The position numbers were made by a program, and so were the translations under genes. A stretch of 64,000 bases of DNA, taken from positions 248,001 through 312,000 of the forward strand of contig JAUGWO010000007.1 in assembly GCA_049724395.1 (NCBI GenBank), in the 5' to 3' direction. The notes beneath the pieces were generated by a model. That model was given only the letters and a program-made list of their open reading frames with translations. It did no database searches and had not been told where the DNA came from. The DNA is from Spongospora subterranea f. sp. subterranea. Taxonomy: Eukaryota. The first letter of the stretch is position 1, and each line of letters begins with the position of its first letter. Of this stretch, positions 24,804-38,899 are shown piece by piece.

Positions 24804-27365
24804 TTATAATTTCGATCGATGATCGCATTTTACACTGGAATCTCCTGGGACTCGGTCCTTAGTGTTTGCGGCCAGCCAATCATTTGCTATTGGAGCGTCA
24901 AGAAAATTTGGATGGATTTTGAACGCATCGATCAACTGAAGAGCGTTGGGTTGCAGCTCGGCGCATAATTCCTGAAGTAGTTGCCGCATTGATCCGGCGT
25001 CGTTACTATTAAAATATTGTTTCTCCAAATAAAATGCCATGTTCTGATTTACAACATCGACGGCACTCAAGAGACAGATTTTCGAAAGGATTGGGTTGTT
25101 ACCACCCTCAACTATTGCCTTGAATCGGACTAGTACTTCATGTTCCATATGCGCGATGCCTAATCCAAGCAGTATCGGTAAACACTTATTGAGAACCTTG
25201 AGCTTGTTTTGAGGATTTCTGGGTAATTTAGCTCCATCGCGAAATATTGAACCTGCCTCCATTAGCAATGTCTTCTGTCTAAATGCAAGGGCTGTGACAT
25301 AGAGATCAATAACTCTATATCCCGACAAACTGATGCTGTTCCGTCTAAAAAATCCATAGTATTCCATGAAAATCGCAAATGCAGATTTCGCCTTGAGAAG
25401 TTTTCCATAATCCTTAAGCAGCGCAAGCGAAACCTGTCTGAAAACAATGAACATAGAAGAAATGTCATAAATATGATTGATGCTAACTGCAGCAAAACTG
25501 AATTATCGCCTTCCCAGGTGACGTCAATTTCTGTGTCTGACATCAGATTTCCAATCAGATTAGCAGCTAACAGACCCTGGCCACCGCAGCATTCTCGACA
25601 AGTTTGCAAAACACGCTGTCTAAAGCATTGTGTGAGCAAGAAATGAGCGCCAGACGTCAGTTACCTGTGCCAAGTAGACAACGGTTTTATTCCGGAAGCT
25701 AACACATGAAGATCCTTGTTCATGGTTTCTAGGTACTGGCAGAGATTGATACCTTGTTTCTTCATCTCCATAAAAACTTCCTGAAGTTTAAGCTGAATTG
25801 CTGTTAGTGCAAGCAAGTCGTCAAATAGGAACCCGTGTTATATCATTTGTTGCTAGATTTATCGCGTAAGTTTTCGCTAGCAGCGGGATAAGCCGTATCT
25901 GATGGCTTGAGTATTCAATGATAGGGGTTTCAGGTTGCCCTGGAGAAATGGCAAACTGTTTTCGTGTAAACGCATAACGCAAGGCTATTGCCAATCCAAG
26001 TTTGGCAAAGCTAATGGCGGAAATAGCTACACCTAATGGAAGCGGTGAGTTTGTAGCCCAATAATTTGATAATACTGAATACCTATTCTGCCCAAAACCA
26101 GTTGCCCGATCATCTTGGCAAACCTTTCCGCAGGGGAGCTAATCTCAGATACGTATCGACCGTCTTCGCCAACGTGCGAATTGCGATCAACTAGAGCATC
26201 ACGAGGAATTCTTACATTGGTCAGCCATAACCTTCCGTTGTCCACCTGTGGCGAAACGGATTCTTAAACAACAAAAAAAGTTGTCGAAGTAATAACAGGT
26301 TTATACCCCGTTAAGCCCTGAATTTGATTTAAGGAATCACCACACGAAAATGAATATTTACAGACCGCTTTTCGCCCCACAATCCATGATGTGTACACCA
26401 GAGACCACATTATTGTTTTCATCGCGTAGCCTAACAAGGAACGCATGGACTCCTTCATTTACGCCATCAACGAAGAGTTGAGCGAACACAATTCCATGTG
26501 AGCAATGAAGTGCCAGACCACCTAGATAACAATATTAATTATGGCAACAAATTACCCTGTTGTTTAAGGTGACCGATAACATGATTTGAGTAACTGATAA
26601 AGGGAAGCGTAAGGAAAGAAATGCGAATTACAATCACCTATCCAGTATTTCTGAGCAGAATCAGACGGCGTATTTAGGATGAATTCTTTGGTTTCCGCAC
26701 ATAAGACAGCTACGGTTTCTATCGATCGGGCGTCGGATCCATGGCCTAATTCAGTAAGACAAAAACAACCACGCATCTTGAGTGTTTGCACGTCTTTCCC
26801 TGCTTGTGGGTCAGAACAATGATACCTTCATAGGAATAAAAAATCACATACATAACGATTCTCGGTGATAATCACTGCCAACTATTGCAAGCGTCGCTCC
26901 GAATCTGATAACATTACATTCATGAATCGCAACGTTAAAGTTTAAAATTGTTGAAGTGCTTACAAACTGAAAAGCACACCGCATTTGGTAAGCATGTTAT
27001 TGCCAACATATGCAACTGGTTCCAGTGTTGCTGCCCACCGAGCAGGATTCTAACAATGGAATCACTATTTCATTCCGAAAACAATCGGTTAGAACCCTTA
27101 CTTCCCAGTAATCTCTGAAGCAAAACAAACCGGATTCTTGTGTGAAAACGCGAACTTGCTCCATGACTAATGATCTTTGCTCTGAAACACTCATTCCCTA
27201 ATCAACAATCTGAGCAAAATATTCAGCGAAAGTAGAAAAGCGTACAGTAAAGTCTCTCTTCCGGAAAATCGGATGGGTTGCAAGGAACTCCATTACCGCA
27301 CGCCGATGGCTCCAGTAGTAAGGAGTGTCTAGCAGAAGGTTTATACCTGCGACGTCGACATCCAT
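24804..27365 (-). CDS. Peroxisomal acyl-CoA oxidase
   Basis: GCFCLTELGHGSD; AQKYWIG; DNGRLW; LQTCRECCGGQG; TWEGDNSVLLQ; ALQLIDAF; C-terminal PTS1 -SKL. Confidence 0.95.
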
Positions 27366-27525
27366 TCTTGAATAACGTTCGCGTGATAGAATAGAAATGG
27401 GCGGACTTAATAAGGTGAGTTTCGTAAGGTACATCATTGTACAGTACACAGTGTCGACGGAGGGCGAAACAGTTTATATTCGGCGATACGGCAGAGTCAT
27501 GACGCGCTGACTACAGTAGCAAACC

Positions 27526-30500
27526 ATGTCAACGGAAGTTGCCTTCCTGCCAGGGAGAATCGTCACATGGTTTAAACGCTCGGCATCGTTGAATGACACA
27601 CATATGGAATCATCGCTCCGATGGAAATAAACTGACGTTTATTTTGCTGAGATAGATGAACTGCGTCCATTCACAAACTTCGATACGAGAGCGGTGTAGG
27701 TTGCCATGGATGTTTTTTTCAAAGTAATGGTTCACTTATTTTGGTATCTGAACTCAGTTTAGCGGCTTCAAATCAATTCTGTCAAGTGCTTGATGTCGTG
27801 TTGTTCATACACAGTCAAAAGTTCCACTGGCATCTGACTCTGCATTTTCGATTCGTCGCTCTTCACCTTCAGTAAAATTGTACTGATTTTGGGTGACATC
27901 GTTGCAAGCAACGGGAGATGTGCAACGCTAACTGGATGATGCTAACCGCGATAATTGCCATAAAGAGCAGTTGGGCTTTCATAACGCTGCTTATCATATC
28001 TCAAGAAATGATTTAAAACCGACTACAACGATAGAGCTTTTGTCTAATGTACCCTTTAACGATAAAAAATCGATTGGCGATTTTTTTGGTGATAGATTGC
28101 GTCGATAGAATTTGCGAAACATTGATACAATATAGCATTACTGAGCTGAGGCTTTTCCGTAAGCCCCAACAAATACATCGGATGAAGATGCGTCTACACC
28201 AAACGTCACAGACGTTTGTTCTATCAAACTTCTTTTTCAATAATTCATGACTTTTTCAAAACTTAGCTATACTTGCATCAGGGTTGTCGATTGGGTCATC
28301 ATTGTCCTTGATCCCCGAGACCATCTGCGAGTACATATCAAAGAGCAGATTGACGACGCTGAACGAAAGCGGATTAACAACGATTGTGCGTGACACGTGT
28401 ACGGGTCCGTCCTCTGTAGCCCCATCATCACCAGTGACACTTCCCGCCCGCAGCGTCTTGGACCTGTTCACTCTTCGTTATCGGCCCGTTCTGCAAAGAT
28501 GAGGGCTGGTGATGCAGCATATCCATCGACCCAGGCGGGATCTCTCCCAAACTCCACTCCCGCTGCCCCCATTTTAGCTCGCGTTCTGTCAAACGAACCT
28601 GCAAATGAGCATGGTCCGAATTCTCTTGGAATCCGCTGCGTACCCGAATCGTATTCCAGGAACGCAGATCATGATGTTCAGGGAAATGCCCAAGCAGATG
28701 CGGCATCTGGGATGCATGTGCGAGATAAAAACACAATACCAAATTTTGATGACAAATCTTTTCTTAGGTTGAAAATCTTGTCAATTGCCCTGAATCATCG
28801 CATAAAAATGAAGTATTTCTCCCAAAAAAATTGATAAGTGTTCCAAGTGGCGTTTCCGAATTTGAAAAAGCAATTCCTCTTGACGCTACAGCTGCAATAC
28901 AGCAATCTTCCCTTGGCATCAATGAGGTTCTCCTATGTTGGATCCCTACTTTGCCAGTTCTGAATTGAACCTTCAAAGATTTTTTCAAATGTTCATTCGC
29001 TGAAGTTGGAGAAGCTTCATTACGCCGCCTCGTCCATGACCTCAAGTTCGATTGAGAAAGCGTCATTATCCATTGCTTCGAATTTAGTTATGCAGGCTGG
29101 TGCCGGAAGTTCCGCTCAGAACGTCAAAGATGATGTGTGGAGTTTGCTGTATTTTCACTACGTTCACTAATTGTCTGCTCAGTCCTCGACAAAGCCCAAT
29201 GCCGAAGGACTTTTAGCTTGCCGGCTCCCGCAACCACCAGATGGTAGATGGCTTGGATGTGGCCAAGGTGCTCACGCCCCAGTTCCATGTCTTGTGTGGA
29301 AACAGAAAGTCATAGGAATGCAAAAATATCGTTCTGAATTTTGATCATGTTGTTTTGTACTAGGGGTTGACCCATTCTAATCAAATTCACGATCAAATAT
29401 TTGCTTTCACGTCGACGCACTACTTCAATAACACAGCTTCGCTCAGATGCTCTATGCCTCAGCCTCCATTGCCTAGTCATGCTGGACCTTTAGTCGAAGG
29501 TTGTGGACAAGTAAGTGGGTTTTATTGTTGATATCACGCATACATTGATGGTTTGTAGTTGTCGCATCCAGATCGTGTTTGTGGTTCATGGATTTCAGCA
29601 GGCGTGTTAACTCATCTGGAAGCAAAACAAAAGCTTTTAGAGTGGAGACGGTCTGCTTCCTCATACGACAATAGCAAAACTGGGTATGTCACACAAAATT
29701 ATTTTAAGTCGACAGTTAAGAATTATGTAGAGTTCGCGTTGGCATGCGAAAACTGCCAGACAAAGATCGGTGCATAGTGCCGCAACCACCAGACGGCTCA
29801 AAGAGAGGATGTCTTGCAGTAAATCATCACCGCGATGCTGTATGCGAGTCATGGAAGGGGTTGGGCGTTACTTCTTTTCAGCGCAATCAGGCCGCGTCTT
29901 TTGGAGTGGCATAATATCCATCCTGATCCCGACAGAAAGCTCTGCTTTTTCTTTCAACCACCTGATGGAGCTCACCGTGGATGTGGTGCCCCTCATCACA
30001 AAGGGAAAATTTGCGCTTCATGGGCAGAGATCGACGTTCTAACTAGACAAGAGGTCAAAATGCGTCATTATTTGGTCTTGATCTTTTGCAAATTCGTTCC
30101 GTTAGGCAGTAAAAGCTGTACGTTTATCGCGAGCAGAAAATAAACCAAAAAAGGCTGTTAAACCGCGAAGTGATGCGGAAAAGTTATGTAATCTTCCTCA
30201 GCCTCCGGACGGTCGAGTAATTGGGTGCGGTGCTTCGTTTCATCGGATGGCAGTTTGCGACAGTTGGTCCGCTTTTGGAGTCCCTAACCGTGAAGGCGTC
30301 AAAGTATTTATAATTTACTCCTCTTGAGACGTTTTCACCATTAAGATTATATTTTTATTAGGCCTACATTGATAAGTATCGGGTTGATTACTGTATTACA
30401 GGCGCACAGGCTCGAGTCTGCCGTGCCTTGCAACCACCAGATGGCAGAGTTAAAGGCTGTGGTTTAGGCTGGCACAGAGGAGCATGTCCCTCATGGAAAG

Positions 30501-31565
30501 TATGTTTCGCTTCAGTTAATGGTTAATGTATGTTGAACCTTAATTAGGCTATCGGTTTGACTGACAGAAAAGCTATCATGGAGCACATTCAGTCTTCTGC
30601 TGAGGCCGGCATATCTGTCAAATCTGAAACTGATAACGGCGCTGGATTGATCAGCAGAAGGATAAGTTTCAGCGGCATCTCGCGTCGTCAGGAATTTCCA
30701 GAATCTGCTGACGACCCCGATACCAGCGTCCAATATTTTTTAGAAGGGGATTTTGATCGTTCTATTCAAGAGTTAACCAAACGGTGAACCCTTTTGTTTT
30801 CGATTGCCACCATACTCAGTTGTTTCAGGATTCAGCAACATCCAGACCGTGCATTGTTGTACAATAACAGAGGCGTCGTATACGCAGAAAGAGGTTGGAC
30901 TGACTTAGCCATAAGGGACTGGAGCAAGGTAGTCTGGCGACTCCCCTGTTCATCCAATCATTAATTCTTCCCGCCAAAAGTCTCTAGATTTGGATCCCAA
31001 TTATTCTGATGTGTTTGCGAATCGTGGTCTGGTCCGCGTCAGCGTTGCAAAACCGGTTCTGGCCAGCGATGATTGCCGAAAAGCAATCTCGTCCTCACAA
31101 GGTTTATGCAGCGAGTTAGTTAGGTTGTCTCTTGCCATGGCTTTGTACGAATCTGGAGATTTTGCTGGTTGCTGTGATGAATGTCGCCGGATCCTAGAAA
31201 TTTCATCCTCGAACTTCCGCGCCCGCTGTTTAATGGGTCTTGCTAATGGCGCATTACGGCAATTTGACAAGGCTGCTGAATGTTTTCAACAGTGCTTGCA
31301 CTCAAACATCGATAACGAGCGTATATCATCACTCCTTAACATTGCTAAAGATCAAATCGGAAGCGGTTGCCAATCTGCGTCTACCAAAAGAGTATCGGAT
31401 TCTACTACCGACGACAATGGAGATGAGACAATGACTATGGCGGATGAGAATGAGAATGAAAGCGATGCTCACGATGTCGACGTGGAAGATTCGTCAGACG
31501 ACGATGATGTTGATGGTCACGATGACGATACAGAATCAGATGACAATAGTGATGAAGACTCCTGA
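27526..31565 (+). CDS. Multi-exon protein with six tandem CCHC zinc-finger-like QPPDG modules, TPR domain and acidic tail (5' end uncertain)
   Basis: Modules begin at 29219, 29448, 29771, 29943, 30187 and 30419 and are linked by GT-AG introns (one frame break near 29875). TPRs: ALLYNNRGVVYAERG, DPNYSDVFANRG, ARCLMGLANGALRQFDKAAECF. D/E-rich tail. Confidence 0.75.
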
Positions 31566-31669
31566 TGTTCTCACTTAAGTATTTATATAAAGTTATCAAG
31601 TACATATTTGCTCGACATATTTAATACCGCCATTCAATAGCGATTCGATCCGTAAAAGCGGCGCTGATT

Positions 31670-32378
31670 ATGGTGAAGTTCTCTTCTTTACTGTGTGGTT
31701 CCTCCATAATCGTGCGGGGTCTAAAATAGAATCACAAATTTAAATAACACGGTTTATGTTGATTCTAAATGTTGACACTCTTCTTGCCTTGTTTTAGAGG
31801 AGGTTTTTCCAAAGCCCGTGGGGACGGAGCCACTCTCATTTCTTGCCCTCGCAAATGCAATCTTTATACAAGGTAGCTGCAACATTTGGAGGCCGTCGAA
31901 CGACGGCAACGTTAACGACAGCAAACAAAACCTTGCTTGAGGTTCATAAACAAGAGGCGCTCCGAATTGATCAACTTCGTGGATTTTCGCTGCCGCGCTT
32001 TTCTGCCGGAGACATGATCAAGTATATTTGCGCTCTTAGCATTTCGTAATCTGTTTTTTATTTTGACCTATGTCCTAGATTTGAAATGCCCCAAACTATG
32101 TCGCCAGATGAAACTCGCAAATGCGACGTCATCGAAGGCCTCGTCATTGCTCGACGGAACCGAGGGCATGATTCGACATTTACTGTTCGAAGCATCGTGG
32201 ATGGTCTCGGATGCGAACAGACAGTCCCGGTATACAGTCCCTGGATTCGTAATTTTCAGGTAAATCATCGCTGGTTCGCTGTTATAAGCCTAATTTTCTA
32301 CAGGTTACTAAAAGACAGCGTACACGCCGAGCAAAGCTGTATTATATGCGGCAAAGGCCTAACAGCTTGGAGATATAA
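31670..32378 (+). CDS. MRPL19: Nuclear-encoded mitochondrial ribosomal protein bL19
   Basis: LPRFSAGD; IEGLVIARRNRGHDSTFTVRSIVDGLGCEQTVPVYSP; RRAKLYYMR. Start uncertain. Confidence 0.88.
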
Positions 32379-32860
32379 CTGATAAGATTTATACTGTTAT
32401 GAATACATTCATTCAGCGGATCCCCCCTTAGATTGATATCCTGCTGTTTTCACTTTTTATTGACGGGAATCGATGGTGAGTTAATAATGATGCGCATTAC
32501 GATGGCTGTAGTCAAGTCGCTTGAATGCTTTTTCATGATGAGGCTCAAGATGTTCATGTTCTAGATCCGAGAGGCCCGTAAATTGCAGGCGTCTTGAGTC
32601 ATAATCGTGGACATGTGGAAACCTGTTCTCAGGCAACACCCCTCACATGCTGACTGGCCGCTCTTTATAGAAGGTCTAGTTAAACAAGTTGTTCTTGCGG
32701 ATCCATACTCGGCTTCAGATAAATTGGATTTCCAAACAAAGGCTCCGTTCCCGCAAATACCAGACGGGCAGTGGTGGTTTCCCGTTCTTTGTGGAGCAAA
32801 GTCAGAAGTCACTCTGTGTCGCTATTTCCCTGGATTCCTCACGGACTTACGTCTGTGATC

Positions 32861-34346
32861 ATGAAAATCTGTTTTTATGAAATTCTTGGCGTTTCTAGAG
32901 ATTGTTCGGATGTGGAGTTACGTAAAGCGTACCGGCAACAGGCGCTGAGATGGCATCCCGATAAAAACATCAATGACAAGGAGGTTGCAGAAGAGCGCTT
33001 CAAATTGGTGCAAGAAGCGTTTGAAACACTGAATGATCCAGATGAACGCGCGTTTTATGATGGCCATAGGACTCAGATCCTGAAGGAAGATGATATTACA
33101 CCTGATGAGCAGTCGGCTCATGATCCGTTTATAGATGTTCATTCGTTTTTTTCGTCGTATTATGATGGATTTTTTGACGAAACGCCAAATAACTTCTTTA
33201 CGGTATTCGGCCAGGCGTTCGAGGCTATAAACAAGCTAGAAGTGCTAGGGAAAACGAACGATCGCGATTATCCAGAGTTTGGGTCGTCGATCAGCGAATG
33301 GCTTGATGTTGACAAGTTTTACCGAGAATGGTCAAATTTTACTTCTGGTATTTTATGCAACCACGTCGCATCTGGAAGAAAATACTAAATATTGTTTAGG
33401 CAGAAGTTTTACTTGGGCAAGTCATTGGAGAGTTAACGACGCACCGGAGCGACGCGCGAAAAGATTTATGGAGAAGGAGAACCGCGTGTATCAAACCAAA
33501 GCGAAGAAAAAATACATCGACCTGGTCACATCTCTGGTCATGTTCGTTAGAAAAATTGATCCCAGAGTTAAAATTCATTTACAAAACGCTCGCAAAGCGC
33601 GAGAGGAACGGGAAAAGGCAATTGCTGCAAAAGAACTGAAACAAAAACATGTATATGCAGCGGAGCGTCAAGCCTGGCTTGCAAAAGAACAAGAACGGAT
33701 ACTAGCTGGTGAAGAACGTAGGCGTGAAGCATACGGTGATATAGACGATGCACCGGAGCTAGATTCCGAAGATGAACCTATCATTGAATGTGTAGCTTGT
33801 GGGAAGTTTTTCAAAAGCGACAAACAATATTCGAATCATGAACGATCCAAACGTCACCGTTCCATGGTGGCATCTCTTCGTGACGAATTGTCGCTCGAAG
33901 AGCAAGGTCTGGCTGATCTAAACATTGCTGATGATGACACTGCACCGCAAGCTCTTGCTGATATAAAGACGGTCGATGAAGACCCTGTTTGTCCTCTTGA
34001 TCAGCAGGCACCTTCGTTAGCTACTGATGAAGAAATTTTTTCGGTAAAACCTATACGAAAAAAGAACAAGAAGTTGCAAAAGACCGCAAACTTTGGCATC
34101 GAAATCGCTGAAGTAAAGTCGGAAGATGAATCAATCACACAAACTGATGAAGTTATACCTACTGAGACTAAGAAAAGTAGACGACGCGCAAAACTGAAAA
34201 GTAAATCGACGGAAATCAATCCACCCGAAGACGCGTCTCAGTCAACTGGTCAGTTCGCCTGTGGCAAATGCCGTTCAAAGTTTCCTTCGAAAACTCAACT
34301 GTTCAAACACTTGAATAACAATCCTTCACATCGGGCACTTAAATAA
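32861..34346 (+). CDS. DNAJC21: DnaJ co-chaperone with C2H2 zinc fingers (Jjj1/DNAJC21), 2 exons
   Basis: J-domain with HPD; FYREWSNFTS; RFMEKEN; FVRKIDPRV; CVACGKFFKS...NHERSKRH; C-terminal CGKC...FPSKTQLFKHL. Confidence 0.93.
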
Positions 34347-34549
34347 ATTCTTCTTTGCAATGCTACTTGAGCTGCGGCCGGCTCTAGAATTCGCATATGG
34401 ACAGATACAACCAATCACCTTGCTACATGTAAGTCCCATTTACAAGACGTAACTTCGCATTTCTATTGGGAACCTCTATCGGGCAAACATGATGACGCTA
34501 TGCGCCTTTGGGAAATTGCAATACACGCTCGAATCATCAAACGACGTCT

Positions 34550-36000
34550 TCATTTTTTCTTCTTTTTCCCCCCTTTTTTGCCGCCTTTCTTAGCCTTTTT
34601 GCCAGCTGTTAAATTAGGCATTTCCCAAGCATTCAAAACAACCATAAAATTATTAGGTGTCGGTGCTTTAGCGGGGTTCAACATTGTGGGGTGAGGAAGA
34701 TCTAAGCTGGGACAAAAATAAATATAAACAAACCAGTGCCATCTCTTCCACAAGCTTACTGTTTTGCTCGGCAACGAATTCTTTCAAGATTTTCAAGAAC
34801 CGTTACGCATATCGGATGCCATGATGGCAATACGTTCCTAACAGCCTGAAAAGCAGACGATAGGAACACAAAACCCTCATCAGGACGTCCTCCATTTGTT
34901 AAGCAAACAGCGACGTTGTTCATGGAGATTGCTTGGTCGATATTACGGTTCTTACCAGTTTTTGCATCTGCAAATTCCAGCCGCATTTCTAGTGCCGCAT
35001 AGTGACATTTAAGAGCCACATCATGCCACCCATAATGGTATGCTGAAGTTCCCATCATGCTATGGATTGTCGAATTGACTGGATGCGCTGTGTTGACTGT
35101 ATTGTAGGCTTCCAATAGAACAGAATTCAGAATTTCATTAGCTTTCCAGGCCGCTATCAACGAATCATCATCGCGTCCCAAACAGCTGTATAAATTTGAT
35201 TGACTCAGTAAGATAAACATCCGCTCATTCCTCCAGTCGATTTTACTTGTAACCGGTTCTGGCGAGAGCATGTTTTCCACCATGTCGTCCTTAATGTCTT
35301 TGATGAGTTCTCGACGTGTTTCATCGCTGACATCAACTTTCATAACCAAGTCGTCGGGGGGTCCCATCCCTAATTCATCCGATGTATTCGAACTCCATTG
35401 AGAGCAGTCTGGCTTCACTTCTCCAGCACAAGTTCCAATTTGCGGAGCTGATTTGGATTCCGGACCTTGATCTTGATCATTTATGAGCGTCCAAGCTTGT
35501 TCTAGCAGGCATAATGCAGAAAAGTACCGTCTATTTTGTTCGTCATACTTGCTTTTTTTCACAATAGATTGCAATGTGGGGCTCTGTTCAATACCAGCGG
35601 GCTGATGAAATACTTCTCGAAAAAAACATAGGGGCGACGAAAAGAGAATGGACCCTGCCGCATTCATTGTTTCCGATGATACGATCGTCTGAAGACCTAG
35701 TTGCAGTACTTTCATTTCTTCCGACACTTCAACATTATCGTCTTCACCATCCGATCCATCTGCAGTGTCGCATGAAATATCCAAATCACTTTTCCAAGTC
35801 CGTTTCAGCGCGCACGATTTCGAGCTCCAAAACCTCGGGACATAAGTGAAATCGGGAAGGGTTTTCAGCCGGGTCCTGATAAGATGCATTTCTGCAAATT
35901 TAGCTTCCATGTTTTCAGCGACATATGGCGATTCTTCATCAATATCGTACTCCGGCAAAGGTGTCTCATGATGTCCTACTTTGCACTGCAACGACGTCAT
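34550..36000 (-). CDS. TPR-containing protein with Lys-rich C-terminus (2 exons)
   Basis: 414-aa ORF with TPR-like GTSAYHYGWHDVALKCHYAALEMR and AISMNNVAVCL...HP; last exon ends KKAKKGGKKGGKKKKK. Confidence 0.7.
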
Positions 36001-36372
36001 TTCCCACGCTTTGTCATCTGATTTGTGGCACGCGCGACGCTACCTCTCCTCTGAAAACCTGATTTCCGTTATGGCGATGCGAATCTGATAATGAATGAAT
36101 CTGTAGAGGTAACGATTATCATAGTGAGTTCCAATCAGCGGGAACGAAAATTGTGGCTGTTGTGCGGTTTTAGATCAGTGTTGCGTTACGTCAATGTGGT
36201 GTGTCACTCAAGGGTCCCAACGATATCCAATATCAGTAACGTAGTTCGGCAACATAAACCACGTTACGTCTATGTGATCATCGGCCTTATTCGTTTATCG
36301 ATTTCTAATTCCTTTCACATTTTGAGACAAGTGTAGACCGAACACAGCCCGGGGACGACCATTTGAACCCTA

Positions 36373-38899
36373 ATGTTGACGCAGCATTCGCAATGGGTCA
36401 CTCGTTCGGCTCCACTGTTGAATGCGCTGTCGCAGAAGCAGCAAGGACAATCTGGCAGTTCTCCATTTCAGCGCCTTCGGACCAATGCCATATCGATGCA
36501 AAATAAACTATCTGAAGCGAGACGAAATATCTCTGTCAAGGTCAGAACCCAGGGATTGCAGGTTTTCATGATTCAACAAAGGGCTATAGGAAGAAGATTT
36601 GGCGAAACAGAAACGATCAAATGCAGTCGTGAAAGACAAGATTCAAGATTGCAAGCGAGATTTGACAAAGTTGAACTCAGAAGTTCGCAGGTGTGAGCAG
36701 TTACTAGAAGAGTTTTCGGGAAAGACTCGTGAGGCAACATCCTTACTAGCGGAGGCAGCTGGAAGCTTTAAAGCTAATGACTTGCGTTTGGAAAATTGTT
36801 ACCACGCCTTAAGCCTTGGCAAAAAGAATGTGGAAGAGACAAGAAGACGGATTCAAGTGCTAAATCACATGGAACAAAAAAGAAAAACCTCAGTGGAAGA
36901 AGACGAAAAACGCTACAGTTTTGGTAATGGTACCGTTGTCCGGGCAGGGATAAATTCAAAATTGTATTTTTTATAGCGCTAGATTTGCTGAATATTAATC
37001 GACAACTCTTGCATGAGCTCGATTTAACTCGTGAAAGCATCTCATCGTTGGGCAAGGAAGCCACTGCCGTCCGAAGTAGGTACTAAAAAGCCGTTGCTAT
37101 ATGTCATCATATTGTTTGCTTAGACGAACGTCATGCACGATTGAAATGTTTTTCTGCGATGCCTGGATTACAAAACAATGTAGAACGAGTCCATTTGGAA
37201 CTTTCTCGGTTGCAATCTGCTATGTCACTACGCTCTCTGGTCATCAGTTCGATTGATAATCGCATAAATTTCGTAAAAGTCACATCGGAGCAGGCGGTAT
37301 CAGATATAAACGGACTATCTGATCGATATCTGGTGACGTTAACCAATGGATCCATCCAAATCGCAAAACTGAAAGCTGCGTCTTTCAGTCTAAGGAGTGT
37401 GTCTCCTCTAAAGCATCCAAAGCCCTATCGGAGGCTGATATGTGTAATGCTACAATCCAAGAGGTGAATGATGAAGTTCACAAACTATGTTCTGAAGAAG
37501 CCACTGTTCGTGAAAGTGAATCTGCTATCCGTAACCAGATTTTGCACCTTTCGCGAAAGAAGTGCGAAGTTACTGACAGGTAAATCATACAAGGTGTTCT
37601 TTTCGTTGCGATGGAAATACACTTTTTGTTCAGAGCGATATTACTCCAACATAATTTGGTAGCGAAAACCGAAAAATTGAACCTGGATGACATTGCATTA
37701 TGCCACAAGCAAGTACAATTCAGTAAACAAACGGTAACTTACGGCGACACTAAAGCGAAGTGTCTGGAAACAAAAAACTCCTTGAAACAAAAAAGTTCAG
37801 AGAACAGATCGAAACTAGTGTTTTTGAATGATGTCCTTAAGGTATTGAGTCTACTGTTGCACTCCAATCGATAATGATGACTACAGAGGTTACTGAATAT
37901 TGCTGAGACAGCATTACTCCCAGTTGGATGCCACAACGTCGAGTTGCAACAGTTAGAAGGTGATGATCTAGTTTTTGATAACTCATCGATCTCAAAAACG
38001 GCTTTAGACAATTTGCAGGACCTAGTGAGGTTGATTAGCGATTTGAATTCCCAACATTGCGAATGGAGTTATACACTCTTTCAAACCAGGACAAAACTAG
38101 AGAGTTTGAAGATTAATTCTCTGGACAAATTTTGAACTGGTTCAAAAATCGTTTTCTGACAAAATTTGTCTAGTCATGGTACACCGCCTCGGCGGCAATA
38201 TGAATTCTGTTGACAATGCTGTCTGCAGGACTATAGAAAGAAACTCAGAAGATTTGAATCAATGAAGGATCGTTTAATCACGCTTAGTGAAGACAAGGTG
38301 TCCCTTGACAAACGCTATAATGATCTGTCCATGTTAGCAAGGAGCGATATGGAATTCTTGGATACTCTTGACAACAAAGTGAACGAGCTGCGGCGAAAGC
38401 TCCAAGAAGGATCAAAAAAGGTATTGCAGTAACCAATCAGGTGCATATGTCATGCTGTTAAGTGATGACGTTAGCGGGAATACATGCAGAAAGGAGCAGG
38501 AAAACCAAATTCTCGGAATTATGTCGAAGCACCAGGAAAATTTGAAATCCTATACAATTCAGGTAGCAACGCCCAATATTAATCTTTTGTAACCAACATT
38601 GCCCAGAACATGACGCGAAATTTTGGGGAAGAGCTCTATCGCCTGAAAGAGGACCATCAGTCACAAATGCGAAACAAGGTTTTGTTTGTCATTGTGATGT
38701 TACAAACAACTGACGAATTTAACATCACTCTCAGATTACAGAACTGCAGCTTTTGCAGACTATAGCCAATAAGCAAGGACCGGATTTGACCAAAGATTCC
38801 AAGGCCAAGATGAGGACACCTACCATCACACAGAGCCGCAATAAAGGACATGGTGAATGTGACTGGTCAATCAACAAATCGGTAACAGCTCAATATTAG
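36373..38899 (+). CDS. Multi-exon coiled-coil hypothetical protein
   Basis: Chain of helical K/E/L/S-rich ORFs separated by GT-AG introns; 3' end approximate. Confidence 0.55.
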
